Below, piece by piece: positions 38,079 to 50,859 of a DNA stretch of 64,000 nt. The stretch is from Puccinia triticina (taxonomy: Eukaryota): contig CP110439.1 in assembly GCA_026914245.1 (NCBI GenBank), forward strand, positions 6,510,001 through 6,574,000. Reading direction: 5' to 3'. Position 1 is the first letter of the stretch; every line of letters begins with the position of its first letter. A program made the position numbers and the translations under genes. The notes under the pieces were generated by a model. It made no database searches, had not been told where the DNA came from, and saw only the letters and a list, made by a program, of their open reading frames with translations.

Positions 38079-41000
38079 CCCCCCCCACTTTTCCATTCCC
38101 ATCCCCAAACTACTTCCTTTTATTTCTACTGTCTCCCCTCTCATCCACTTCCGTTCCATCCTTCTTGGTCCTAACACAGCATCTGCTGTGGATTTATTCT
38201 GTGGTTTGTTTGTGATTTCCATTTCATCTTATTCTTCCTCTCTGGTCCTGCTTTTTCTTTTTCTTTCTCATCTTTCTGTTTCCTCCTTTCTTTTGTGTTG
38301 TGTTTTCTTTGTTTTTTTGTTCTCTTCTTTCTTTCTCTCTTCTGTTTTGTTGTCTGTGCGCGCGTAGCGCGCAGAGGATGTGATGAAATTCATGTGACAG
38401 GTCGCCTCCGTGAGTCCAAGTTCGCAGAACTTGGAGGAAGGGAGCGGTATGCCATTCTGATCCAAGAATAAGGGCATCACCTTTTCGATCATCATCAAGA
38501 ATCCCGAGTCCAAGTCCTTATTCCAATCCCCCAGTCCCTTCCAGAATCCTCACGCATCCAAACCAACACCCGCCGTCGAGCCTCCACAGCTTGACGTTAC
38601 CTCAAAACCACTTCCCCCCAGCTATCACTTCGAATCCTCACGACTCATTTCTGGACCATCCAAGAGGGCAGTCTCACAACACCTTTTCCCCTCCCAGCGC
38701 TGCCGCCGGCCTAGCACCGGAAGGAGCTCCATACCGTAAACATTTTGGTAACCATATGGCAGAAGGATTCCCACGCTGGGATGAGATATAGTGGCAGAAA
38801 CACCAAGAAACTACCAAAGTAGGGATATTTCCGAACTGATCAGACTGTAGCTGCTACATTTGGGGTTTTTTTGGTCAGTGAAGGTACATAATGAAACTTT
38901 GGGGGCCTCTTAACATTTTTATAACCATTTGGCAGAAGGATTCCCACACTGGGATGAGATATAGTCGCAGAAACACCAAGAAACTACCAAAGGAGTGATA
39001 TTTGGGAACTGATCAGACTGTAGCTGCTACATTTGGGGGTTTTGTGGTGACTTAAGGTCCATAATGAATCCCTGGGGGCCTGTAAGCATTTTGGTAACTA
39101 GATGGCAAAAGGATTCCCACACTGGGATGAGATATAGTGGCAGAAACACCAAGAAACTACCAAAGTAGTGATATTGGGGAACTGATCAGACTGTAGCTGC
39201 TACGTTTGGCGTTCTTGTGGTGACTTAAGGTCCATAATGAATCCTTGGGGGCCCGTAAACATTTTGGTAACCATATGGCAGAAGGATTCCCACACTGGGA
39301 TGAGATATAGTGGCAGAAACACCAAGAAACTACCAAAGTAGTGATATTTGTGAACTGATCAGACTGTAGCTGCTACATTTGGCGGTTTTGTGGTGAGTAA
39401 AGGTACACGAAAAATGTTCGGGGGCATTTAAACATTTTGATAACCATATGGCAGAAGAATTCCGCCACTGTGATGAGATATAGTGGCAGAAACACAAAGA
39501 AACTACAAAAGTAGTGATATTTGGCAACTGATCAGATTGTAGCTGCTGCATAATGCATGTGTCCCGAAACACAATATTTCTGGGTTTTATATGCAGAACA
39601 ATTTTGGATGAAATTTTATGTTGAAATATTCCTCATTAATCTGTGGGTGATAAAAAAAGTAGATAAAACAAAGAACCCAACAAAAATATGCTAAACCATG
39701 GTAAACTAATTTCAAAAAGGCCTTCTATGCATGTAGCACCTCAAGTATGATCTGCAATATCTTCAGGAAGTTCAACCAACCAAATTAACAATGTTTGCAG
39801 GATGGTATCATGAGAGAGGTCAGTGGTCAATGTTTTTCCTTTTTTGAAAAAAAGTAGATTTGGAGACTTCTGATAACATCAATTGTTGAAGTAAAAAAGA
39901 AAAAGAAAAAAAATTTGAGACCCCTCAGCCACCCTGGATTAATCCTAAAACTTGCAATGTCTCTTTTTCATGAAGAATCAAATGGTGTATGTAGAAATTT
40001 ATGAATGTTATCAGGCAAAAAAAAAATTCCTGTGGCTTGAAGCTAACACAGGGGGAAGGAGAGAGATTATAGAAGACTATTAAGGAGACATGCAACACAG
40101 AAAAAGGTATCAAGAGGAATAAAAAAAAAAAGATCAATATAAATTGATCAATATACGCTATATTGATCAATATAAGACATTGCAAATTCATCCATCTTGG
40201 TAGTGTGGATGTGTTGAAGCGGTGATGGTTGACGCGGTCTATTGCTACTGTCTGGGAACGTCCAGTTGCTATGGATCCCTTGATTAGTCTCGCAAAGGCG
40301 TCCTCCAACCGTGCCGCTCGGATAGCGGCCGTTTTTTCGGCCCGTGCCAGTCAAGCCGCGTATTCCACTCAATCTGCGTGGGCTTGCGCGATGCTAGCTT
40401 GCTGAGACGACATAAGCATTTTCATACAGTCCCTCGTGGACAGGTTGCTGGATGCGTTTGGAGGCGGTGGCGCCGGTGGGTCCGGTTTGTTCAGAGGGGC
40501 GGCGTTTGGTGGATCTCCTGAGTAAGAACCCTTGCCCGGCTTGGTTTCGGGACCGGCAGCCGGCTTGGATTTGGGACCGGCGGGGTTGATGGGAGCGTCC
40601 GGCATTTCCTTAGTGAAGGGGCTTGTTGGTCGACTGGCTTCGGGAGCACCCAGCGAAGAGGGGACTAATGGGGGGAGGTTGGATGGCTCTTGGGAAAGGT
40701 GTGTGGGGGATAGTTGTGACGGGAGCAACGCTGGAGCTGATCCAACTACCAGTGTGACGTTGGAGCCGTGCGGAGCGGGGTTGATGTTGGTAGCGTTAAA
40801 AGCCAAGTGTTCAGTCTTCTTAGGTCCGTCAGTTACCATAGATTCCCGGAGTTGAATGGAGGCTAATGCTTCTTGTTGGAGTCTCCGCTGCTCCGCTCGT
40901 GCTCATCGCAAGATTTCCTCAGGGTCGGCTAGGGGAAGGAGTTGGTCAGAGGATGTGGTTCGCCTAGTGGACATGGGTCCTCTTATTGTAGAGGAAACAG

Positions 41001-43179
41001 AATGGTTGGTGTAGGTTTATCAAGAAATTGGGTGAGTGAGTGTTGACAGTCTGTCAAGTCCGGAAGAGCGGGGTTGGGGGGCAGTTTGAAAGTCTGCGCA
41101 AGGGAATAGTCTGATCTGGTTTTTAGTCAAACCGGTCCGATGCGCTCGAGTCCGTAGAAGTCCGTAAAGAGTCTGAAAAAAAATCCTTTGGTCGGGATCA
41201 GAAAACAAAAGTGTAAGAGCTGTGAGCTCTTCACTGGGGTAGGGCACTGGCACTCAGGGAGACAACGGTCTCGAGGGTTCTGATGCCAGTGTAGGGGAGT
41301 CTTTATTTCAACTAGCTAGCTCAGGAGAGATGTCGGTTGGTCGGGGATCTCTCAGTCTACATACAATATCAGGAGAGTGAGGAAAGGGAAAGGGAAAAAG
41401 GAATAATGGCTTACCTAGCTCAGGAGAGATGTTGGTTGGTTGGGGATCTCTGCTGAGCTAGGAGGGCAGCGGTGACAGTGGTATTTGGGGTCGAACTGGT
41501 CCTTGTGAAAGGGTTTGTGAAACCCGTGGCGCGGGGGTTTTACACATGATCGCCAACACACTCACCAAATCTAGCAACATGGACTCCCTCAACCGACTAC
41601 GAGCAAAATGCTTTTTGATCCATTACTCCCCAAGTTGAGGGGGGTGTTGAAACTCGCGCGCGCTCACACGCTCCTCTCGCCTGCTCTGACTGCGCTTTGA
41701 CGGCGCAGCAAAAAACCTAACTCGTCTATTTGTCTCGGACCGCTCTTGGGCTTTGAACAATGGTTCACCTCCTCTTTGATCCTTGTCTACTCACTCTGAT
41801 CTCATACCGCTTTCCTCAAGACTTGATTCTAGCCGATACACTTCAAGATCAAGTCACATTGGCCTAAATCATCAAACAACACAACTTGGTGAGAAATGCA
41901 ACTGGCATTTCCATCCGCTTCAAATCTAATCACTCTCTCGACCTCAATCACTGACCTCTTCCTTTTTTCTATTAGTCTGTGTTCTAAGATCTCCATCCTT
42001 GACTTATTCATCTCCACAATTGTCCTTCTTCTCTCGGTTTGTTATCTATTTATTTTACTCTCCTTTTGTCCTCTCTCAACTGATCTCATCTCCCATCCTC
42101 TAATCAGCTTCATCAGACCACTTCTCCACTTTTATCTCACAGTTGCTGCTTGTTCATTCTATCTTTAGCTTCAGGGTTTGTTTATTTTCTTATTGTTCAT
42201 TCTTTTCTGTTGCTTTTTCTTACATTTGTTTTTCAGCTTCTGTTTCTTGCTTTACAGTAATTCAGCCTTGGTTCTTTAAAATGGACCCTAGGAATGTTTA
42301 TGGAGTGCATGCCAAACAGACAAATTACAAATCCGTTGGTGGCATAATTAATTTTATGACAATCAAAATTCATTTTGGGTGTTATGTAATTTATTACACC
42401 ATTTATCATAACACACACAGCGTCCAAACAGGGCCTTAATTATAAACTCATAATACATGCATATTATAAAGCAACTGTCCCAAATTTGAGGACCCAAAAA
42501 ATGATAACTTTTGATTGAGACATCCCAGAGGGATGTGCTATGTAAAATCATTTTCTACAAGCTCCATAAAGCGCCAAAATCTATTTTAATTGGTGATTGG
42601 GTGAATTGTAAAGATTTTATGGGAGGTCAAGGTTTTTAGCAGGCGTGGGGTAGTCAAGAAGAGGTGCGGGGCACTGTAGAAGTTGTTCTGATTGCCAAAG
42701 AACACCCAAATGTGAAAAGCTTAACAAATTTCTAAAAAATTGTTCATAAACGCCTTAAAATGAGCTTAAAAAGTTCATTAAAATGACATTGTGAACCCCC
42801 CTAATGTGTAACCCAGTAGCTGGGTTACAACACTTTTAAACTACTCAGAGCATGTTCACCGGTTGAGCCAAGTTCACGCAAGGTTTGACTTGCAGCTATT
42901 GCTAACTAAAGCAGTGAGGTGCAATTTGACCATATTGGTCTGTCAGCTTTGTGATACTTGTGGGTAGATGGCTAGCTTGTGAGAGGACCTCAGAAAGCAC
43001 CAACCAAGCTGCCTCATGTGAATTCCGCTAATTTTAAAAGAATTGCAAGAACTAAGAGTGTATTTCTTTCACTAACAAACGTGTAGTCGTGAGAGAATAA
43101 AGAAAACATTGGATAACAAGTAGTAAAGCTGAGAGGGTATTTTACCTAAGAGCAATAGCTGAGCCGCTCTTCTAGAATA

Positions 43180-43692
43180 TTTGAGATAAGGAAAAGAAGA
43201 AATTCTTCTGGGATAGGAAACGGTGTATTGTCCTGATTCCTGTGAACAAGATCAATGAGCTGTTAGCTGATGATCTGTCTGCTCTGTTGGAGCCTGAGCA
43301 GGACCTTACGGAACGTGGACTTTGATCCTTGTCTGGTCTATTTTGCTTTGGCCAACCTACTAAGTAGTCGTTTGACTTTGTCTGCACAAACATCATTCTC
43401 CTTTAGTTGGTCTAGCAAGTGCCTAGCTGGGGACATAACTGAGATAAGGAAAAGAAGAAATTCTTCTGGGATAGGAAACAATGTATCGTCCTGATCCCTG
43501 TGAACAAGATCAATGAGCTGTTAGCTGATGATCTGTCTGCTCTGTTGGAGCCTGAGCGGGACCTCCCGGAACGTGGACTTTGATCCTTGTCTGGTCTATT
43601 TCGCTTCGGCAAACCTACTAAGTAGTTGTTTGACTTTGTCTGCACAAACATCATTCTCCTTCGGTTGGTCTAGCAAGTGCGTAGCTGGGGAC
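43180..43692. repeat. ~258-bp tandem duplication within an LTR-like remnant starting ~43044
   Basis: TGAGATAAGGAAAAGAAG...GCTGGGGACAT occurs twice. 43044 begins TGCAAGAACTAAGAGTG, similar to solo LTR F. Confidence 0.7.
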
Positions 43693-44481
43693 ATGCGGGC
43701 TTACCATTTTTACCTCCTCTTTGAGTATGGTCGGCTCCCTTGGTCTTGGTTCTTGAGACAGTTTTGTCTTCTGGAACTGGAGCGGAGCGTTAGCTTTCCG
43801 CCTAATTATCAGAGCTTTAACATTAGCAATCTCACCTTTGGTTTTGATTGTAATGCGCTCCAATAATGATAACGTCAATCTGGATTTCTCCTCGGTGATC
43901 ATCTTGCTACCGGAGATTGGATCTAAAGACACATTTGTGAGCTTAGGATTTTCATCTCTTTTGCGGGACTGCGGAAGTGGTTTGCTGTGCTTACCACTTG
44001 CCGCAGCTGGGTTTGGACGCGGCGCCTTGCGGCGCCGGTCTTTTTGGTCTGTAATCTCACAAATTTTGGGTTTTGGATGCGTGGGGAAATTGGGTTTTTC
44101 CCAATTGGGCCTGGTTTAGATACATAGTACATGAGGAGGATTTTTTGGGACAAAGGCCCAGTGGAGGAAACTTGGATGAAAAAAAGCTTTTTTTGGTTGG
44201 GAATTAAACCCAAGACCCAAAAATTTGGGTTTTCTTTCCAGGCAAACCCCAGAAAATACCAATTACATTAGGACCATCTTGGAAAAATAAATCAACTTGG
44301 ATACATACCCGGTGATTTACATGAGGAGCATTTTGCAAAAAAAAGTCCCCCAGATACGTGCTACATGAGGCTGCTTGGTAGGGGCTCTGCGGGGTCCCCT
44401 TGTGAGCTAACCATTGCTACATGTAGCACGGGTTAGCTCAAATTGTAGCTTCTTGCTAATTTAGCTGAAGCTTAGCACAGC

Positions 44482-44825
44482 AGGACCCTGGAAACCCCCT
44501 ATAAATGGGCGGCATGTAAATTCCTGAATTTTGCCAAAATTCAGACATTGGGGGGCACCGGGGAATGGGTTTTTTTGACTGATTCATACATTTTCATGCG
44601 TACACTTGAGCTTAAATCCGACCGGGGGTCCCAAAAACCCCAATTTTAAGCGGGGATTTGCGGGTTTCAGCCAACTTACCTGAATTTCATTGGAAATTCA
44701 TACATTTATTTGGTATTTCATGCGTACCCTTTTGGGTTTCAGAGCCAATTTATACCATTTTGCAAAAAAATGCAAAAATTCATACATTTTCATGCCGCTC
44801 ATTTATCGGGGGTTTCCAGGGTCCT
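44482..44825. mobile_element. MITE with 8-bp TSD (hAT-like)
   Basis: AGGACCCTGGAAACCCCCTATAAATGGGCGGCATG...CATGCCGCTCATTTATCGGGGGTTTCCAGGGTCCT, TSD AGCACAGC. Confidence 0.85.
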
Positions 44826-46688
44826 AGCACAGCCCGGTGTGGTTGAGTTTGATGGCCAAACTAGCCAGCTGCAAGCTAAACTAGCCATTGTCAACATGCT
44901 CTCCAAGGCTGAGCTTTGGCTCTCCAGTCTCTGGGCTGGCCTTCCAATACTTCTTATTGGAGGGCACAGCCTTACTACCAAGGCTGATACTTGTACGACC
45001 CGTAACTCTTGGATGCGGGTCACAAGGAAGCGAACTTCTTGTCAGAGGCTTCCAAGCCTTTCTACAGGAGCTGGTACGCTTGCAATCCTTTGCTCTGGTG
45101 TGGAGGGTCGCGAGGTAACCGTTGGATTGGGTTTGACAAACTTCATGTGTGGCAAACTGGGGCATGCTCCTGCATGCTCTCAGCCTTTTCCCAGAATCCT
45201 AGTTCCCTTGGCTGGAGATGATTGGGAAAAAAACACAGTATAGATCATTCCTCAAATCACCCCCTACCAATGGCTGAGCGTCTAATTCCTCCTCCACCAC
45301 GAGGCCGCAACAAGCTCATCAACTGATCAGCTTGATCACTTTCTGTTTGCGTTCATCTTGAATGTGAGGGGAGTTTTGGATGTTACAATTATGGATTGCC
45401 AGACCGTTGAGTAGACACTGATCAGTTGAGCTGCATGGTGTCCTGGGGACATGGTTTCCTGGCCTTTCTGAGAGAAGGGGTTGGAGTCGCAGGACCCAAC
45501 AGACAGCGCTATGACATGAGTACACCCAAAGGCCACGTATGGGATGATTGAAGCCTGGCACAGTGGCAATGATCCCAAATAAGGTCCATAAACCTTATTT
45601 TGACATATTACGCAGCAACTTATTGCTGCCAAACGCTGTAGCCGAACCTCATGAGTGATGGCATGGGTCATCATGGGTCACAACACGTGCAATGGATAGG
45701 TAATCTGAGAGAGCTCTTCAACGCAGCAGCTTATGTATTTCCGAGTCGCCTTGGGGTCTGATCTGGAAACCAGGTGGCACTAAAGGGGTGAGAATATAAA
45801 ATCCGGAGACCAGGACGGAAGCTTCCCCTTCCCAAACAGATCAGGTCCTTTCAACTTCAAGCCATCGAGAGCACTTTCACGGCCCATCGCACAAACAACC
45901 AGCCACTTTTTATAAGCTCTGCGAGATGTACAGAACAGTCACATTAGTTTTTGTTTCGCTTCTCGTGCAAGTTCTGATTGGCCCTGCAGCTGTTGTCAAA
46001 AATCTCAAAATAATCAAGCCAAGGTCGCCTTGCACCGCCGAACAATGTAACAACCCACTAACGGCGACTCCTCAATGCTGTTTGTGATAAGAGCAAGATA
46101 TAATGGTATGAGCAGTTCAATCAGTAGTTATATTCCAAATGACAGTTGAATTGAAGAACTCACAGGTCGTCTATCCGTTTTTTGTCTGAAGCATGTCGTG
46201 AACACCTGAGAGCCGACTTCCTTTGATGGGGCCAACAATCGAACTGCTCGCACATCTTCCGAACCCTTGGTCCGGTCCCATTTATCTCTCATCCACATCG
46301 GTAGTACTAGTTTTGTTATCAACAGACCTCCTAGGTCAACTTAGCTCCCCTGTGTGGCCTAGCACATCTTGCAAGAGCACTAGCAAGCAATTTAATCGAT
46401 ATGAGCACAGGATTTCCCTTTGAATGAGACTAGTGAGCTGCCAATGAGTTAGGTTGATTATAAGTACTGCCTAATCACTTGAGAAGCAAAACAGCTGAAA
46501 TGACACATAGGATGAGCCCTGTGAATGTAATCCACCACTTGATCCAACATAATTGGAACCAAATTCCCATTTACGCTGTTCGTTTGATTGGGAAATATTT
46601 TTCCTGCTTGCAATTTATGAGTTTGGCTCCTGTATTAGCAAGACAGTAGAAAGAGTTGCCGATTTTGTGCGATTGTCGCGTCTTATCT

Positions 46689-48173
46689 TCACGCTTTCTT
46701 GAGCTTGGCGCTAAGGCTACTTGAGGTGATCGAAGAAGACCTTGAGAAGCCGATGATCAACATGCCAACGATCCAACTGTGTCCAATCAAGAAACCGATA
46801 CTGCTCAGCCAGACGGCTCTGAATTGGGGCTCGCCCAAGAACTCCAATCGGTAGGCTTGAGATAGCCAGATTGCCTTCAAGAGTAAAAACCAATCGCAAA
46901 ATATTACTCTTCAGTCTTCTTGACTAGAAGTGGCAGATAGATACTGATTGTGGTAGAAAAATAAATACATGAACGTACTTGAGTTGAAACCCAGATTACT
47001 GCCACCGCAATCGATTCGGATGCTGTTAGTTTAATTTTCGTCACTAAGAGTGGGATGAACCACAGGTACCACATGAAATACTACGATTTCCAATCATCAG
47101 ATAATGTCAGTTTAAGCTGATTGGAGACCTTTGCTGTCTGTAAACAGTACGGACCTGGGAAGTGACGACTTTGTTGAAAATGACAAAGACGTAGGTTTGG
47201 ATGAAGCAAGCAAATGGTAAATTTTGGTCGCCATAGTGGAAGCCGAGGGCCAGACTGAGGCTCATCTGGGGGATGAAGCTGACCAGCGGATGTTGAAGGA
47301 CCTTGACCAGAGTGGAGCGCTCCGACAGGGCAGAGGTGAACCGCAAATAGATCGGATAGAAGTAGGGCGAGAAGTTATGGCGATGGTCCAGTCGGCGTAG
47401 ATGATAGAGGTAGCTGGAGTCAAGGAACTCGTGCCCCCAGCTATATGAAGCCAACCAACATGAATTTAGAAACCTCGAGATCGATCAAAGACGGAAGAAC
47501 TGGATTGGACTGACATGATATACATCAGCAAGTTTAGTAGCGAAAACGCAGTCAAGCTGATCGCCCCGAAGCGGAATTGCGAGCGGTTGATTGAAAGCCA
47601 GCCGAATCTCGAATGGGCGTGTTCACCGAGTCGAGCCCACACAGCGGTAGCGTAGATGAACGGGTAAATCTTCAGATGTACGGCCACTCCGAGCAGGATA
47701 GCGGCCGCGTCCCATTTCTTCCTTTCGGCCGAGTACAGGAACCCGATGATGACGACTCCGAGCAACGACTCACTAGACCCCCGGGTCGAAATGTTCATGA
47801 CAAAAGGGTTCAACAGCCAGATTAAACAGACGAGTCTTCCGTGAGACGATGGGGTATTGCGGCTGGGACAGAGTCGGTAGAGCATGGTCCCGATGAGCAG
47901 GTCAGCGATCCCGAATAGAGCTTTCCCCCAGCATGGATGGATGAACTCGTTGGGACTCAGGATGAGTGCCAGAAGAGGCGTGTAGCGGTAGGTTGCTCGA
48001 TCGTATGGCGATCCTCCTGAAAGCAGCGCTCGGGCGGCATCCGAGAAGACCTGATAATCAATATCAGTATATTTTAAAGACGAGCGACTATCATGATAAA
48101 CCGAGTAGCATATCAGGCCCAATCGAAGGACGAATCCCGGTATCAGTCCGAAGCGTATAAATACATTGACCAT
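46689..48173 (-). CDS. GPI14: GPI alpha-1,4-mannosyltransferase I catalytic subunit (PIG-M/Gpi14), 4 exons, ~410 aa
   Basis: Exons 48173-47515, 47440-47155, 47080-46979 and 46874-46689 splice in frame. Motifs KYTDIDY (DXD), SPYDRATYRYTPLL, ISTRGSSES, HLKIYP, DHRHNFSPYFY, FNKVVTSQYFMWY and AYRLEFLG. Confidence 0.95.
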
Positions 48174-48581
48174 GGCTGAGAATCCGGAAAACTACATCCA
48201 GATCTTCAAGTTTACCACTGGATCAATGCTGAAGAGGTCTTCCTGGACGTGCAAGACAAATATGTATGTACATACATGTTTGTCAGTCTAATCAGTCATC
48301 TCCAGTCCTGGTCATGAACGAGAAGGTGAGCAAAGAGAAATGAGAATGAGACTCACATTGAAGATAACTGGCGTAGCACCGCTTTCCCTTGACCTCCGCC
48401 GGACACCATCGATCTCAGCCAAAGCCTAACTTGACACAAGTCCCCCTAACTTAGCTAATTCCCTCCTCGGGGGAGCCGAAGGAGGGTCCCTGCGGGACGG
48501 CGTCCCCCCTCCACAAAGAGAGGGACTTGGTTAAGTGGATGACTTCCCGTGGGCTAAAAAGCCAGATCTGTCAGGCCAGGT

Positions 48582-48642
48582 TAAACCTTACTGGCTGGTG
48601 AGAACTTGATCTCAATCACTTTTCACCAGCCAGTAAGGTTTA
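48582..48642. repeat. Perfect 20-bp inverted repeat upstream of GPI14
   Basis: TAAACCTTACTGGCTGGTGA...TCACCAGCCAGTAAGGTTTA, lying between AAGTCCC...GGGACTT hairpin units. Confidence 0.8.
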
Positions 48643-48899
48643 GATCTGTGAAATTTTAGTCTGTACGGGGGGCGTAGATCCTACGGGAAGTCTTCCAGTT
48701 AGCAAGTCCCCCCTGGTGAAAGGCTCGCTGAGGCTGGCCGCAACGGCCCCTCCCGCAGGGAGGGACTTGTGCACAAAGTCAAAAATTTGGCTGAGAAAGA
48801 AATCATGAATGGCTGGAGGAAAAATACTTGGCATCACCCAGCCTCCCCCTCAGCTCCTGCGGACCTGTCCCAGAGCCAAAATATACTTCAGAACCTCAG

Positions 48900-49437
48900 T
48901 TTTCTTTTCTTTTCTTTTCTTTTCTTTTCTTTTCTTTTCTTTTCTTTTCTTTTCTTTTCTTTTCTTTTCTTTTCTTTTCTTTTCTTTTCTTTTCTTTTCT
49001 TTTCTTTTCTTTTCTTTTCTTTTCTTTTCTTTTCTTTTCTTTTCTTTTCTTTTCTTTTCTTTTCTTTTCTTTTCTTTTCTTTTCTTTTCTTTTCTTTTCT
49101 TTTCTTTTCTTTTCTTTTCTTTTCTTTTCTTTTCTTTTCTTTTCTTTTCTTTTCTTTTCTTTTCTTTTCTTTTCTTTTCTTTTCTTTTCTTTTCTTTTCT
49201 TTTCTTTTCTTTTCTTTTCTTTTCTTTTCTTTTCTTTTCTTTTCTTTTCTTTTCTTTTCTTTTCTTTTCTTTTCTTTTCTTTTCTTTTCTTTTCTTTTCT
49301 TTTCTTTTCTTTTCTTTTCTTTTCTTTTCTTTTCTTTTCTTTTCTTTTCTTTTCTTTTCTTTTCTTTTCTTTTCTTTTCTTTTCTTTTCTTTTCTTTTCT
49401 TTTCTTTTCTTTTCTTTTCTTTTCTTTTCTTTTCTTT
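48900..49437. repeat. (TTTTC)n microsatellite, ~107 perfect units
   Basis: Uninterrupted pentamer run. Confidence 0.99.
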
Positions 49438-49781
49438 GCCTGTATAGCCCCTGTATGACAGGCTGCATGCAGTAATGTGATTGTGAGAGAATCACTACTT
49501 TCTTTGTTTTTAACTTTGGGGCCTCAAGGGTTGCACCATTGGGATCCTGGGGCAATTTTGCACTGCTGGGACCCTTTGCGGCATGCCCCTCCCCTGCCCT
49601 GTGGACAGCGCGGCACCCTTCTCAAGCCAAACAGCCGCCCAAAGGGGTTTTGACTGCCTGTACAGGCCTGTGGCTGGATTTTTTTTTTTGCCTCAAACCC
49701 GCAAGCTTTTTGAGAATGGCTGTCTTTGGTTTTAGCTGTCTTCTTGTGCCAGTTTGATGTTGCTTAGATTCACAGTGCGCA

Positions 49782-49972
49782 GGGTTCTCAAAGTTCAAAA
49801 CATAAGAATTTCAAGCCTTATGGGTTCAAGTTCAATGTTGAAAAACTGATATGGACCAATTTGCTGGGGGTAGAGGCATAGATCACATTACACAAGATTC
49901 CATATCAACTTTTTGACGTTTAGTCCAAGAGTAATTATGCTATGATTTTATGTCACCCAACTTTGAGAACCC
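49782..49972. mobile_element. MITE related to 20919-21117
   Basis: GGGTTCTCAAAGTT...AACTTTGAGAACCC. TSD unclear. Confidence 0.6.
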
Positions 49973-50702
49973 ATGCCATAGGCCAAATTACACTTAAAAA
50001 AAGATGAAGCAGGATGAGGCTTGAAGGTACATATCTTACACTGTACTTCTACTTCATTGGACAAATACAGGCATATTATTGTTATTGAGATTCACATAAT
50101 GTCTAGTAGGGCTGAAAGAAATAGATCACAATATTTGAAGCCAATAGTCATTAAAGAAATTTCTCTGTTCCACCTTAAACAACAAACTGCCGCCCACAAA
50201 CAAAAAAAAACCACAGGGGTTCAACCGCAAGAACACCACGTGGGAGAAAGTTAGTCCTCACTGGATCTGCGGTGGGCTGTTGCCATGCCAGCTCAAAGGC
50301 CCCTCTATATATACCCTTGGGTCTGCATTTGAATTGCACCTTTTTTCCCTTCTACTTTTGTTTGGAAAAGTGTGTGGACCGGAGCAATTTTGTTGGATAA
50401 GGCTAGCAAGTCCGCTTTTAGGTCAGGAAAAACGTGTGGTCCAGTGCAATTTTGTTGCATAAGGCTAGCAGATAATCTCATCCTGGTGCAATTTTGTTGG
50501 ATAAGGTGTGAAGCCTCTTGCTTCCACCTGCCTTAAAAGGTAATGTTGCTTGTCATCTCTTTCCTTTATACACCGGTGTTGGCTCACTACTTCACTTTCT
50601 CTCTTCTGCTGACCTACGGACAGCTTGTACATTCCTTCTTCCTTTTTTTGCCACTCTCAGCCAACCTCTGATATACTGCCGTTTGCAGCCTGCTTACATC
50701 TA

Positions 50703-50859
50703 TGGTATTCAAAATTGCATAAGATTTTTTTACATAAAATCATAAATTGCAGTTTTGTCTGGGAGATGTCACTTAAAGTTTTATGCACGCTGACATCTCC
50801 CAGCCAAAATTGGCTTTATGATTTTATGTAAATAGTGACATATGCAATTTTGAATACCA
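50703..50859. mobile_element. Palindromic MITE with TA TSD (Tc1/mariner-type)
   Basis: TA|TGGTATTCAAAATTGCATA...TATGCAATTTTGAATACCA|TA. Nearly the whole element folds back. Confidence 0.8.

Larger units (their letters stand above)
26189..38733 (+). mobile_element. Gag-only LTR element E (843-bp LTRs, TG...TA, 4-bp TSD CCGT)
   Basis: LTRs 26189-27031 and 37409-38733 (the latter with a MITE). TGG-containing PBS-like site at ~27034 and PPT AAGTGGTGGGTGGA. The gag-like frame 27668-27829 + 34930-35079 + 35557-37227 has one internal TGA and CFYCHRKHHGTAGC. No pol. Confidence 0.88.
20592..40205. mobile_element. Non-autonomous CACTA element with ~650-bp inverted arms and internal satellite (~6.2 kb native)
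   Basis: CACTACCAAGATGGATGAATTTGC...GCAAATTCATCCATCTTGGTAGTG, 3-bp TSD TGG. 20592-21460 is the reverse complement of ~39550-40205. No transposase. Confidence 0.93.
18615..41544 (-). mobile_element. Gag-only LTR element B (~3.3 kb native), split by a CACTA element
   Basis: LTRs 18615-18956 and 41212-41544, perfect TSD CATGA, and the same PPT as element A on the minus strand. The gag-like frame runs from 40974 (with premature TGA stops) and rejoins across the insert (HRFNTS|NAPKYMGP) to ~19300, with a Cys/His knuckle CHHCKQYCGNAAGTC. No pol. Confidence 0.9.
8401..42278 (+). mobile_element. Ty1/Copia LTR retrotransposon (~5.2 kb native), split by two nested LTR elements
   Basis: LTRs 8401-9018 and 41645-42278, both starting TGTTGAAAC and ending GGTTCTTTA. 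PPT GAGGGGGG precedes the 3' LTR. Flanks are GAATG/AAATG (4/5 TSD). Domain order is gag-PR-IN-RT-RH. Confidence 0.93.
4893..42435. mobile_element. Probable outermost TIR element (Tourist/PIF-Harbinger-like termini) hosting the whole nest
   Basis: GGCCCCGTTTGGAC at 4893 and GTCCAAACAGGGCC ending at 42435 are inverted repeats (13/14), each flanked by TTAA (4889-4892, 42436-42439). GCCAAACAG motifs lie on both sides of the Copia insertion site. Confidence 0.55.

Noticed and set aside
44950..45950. Possible decayed gene fragment on the minus strand
   Set aside because: Short protein-like stretches are broken by stops, with no motif I can identify.
48769..49555. ORFs of 212-229 aa (FSFLF / KEKKR repeats)
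   Set aside because: These are translation artefacts of the (TTTTC)n microsatellite.
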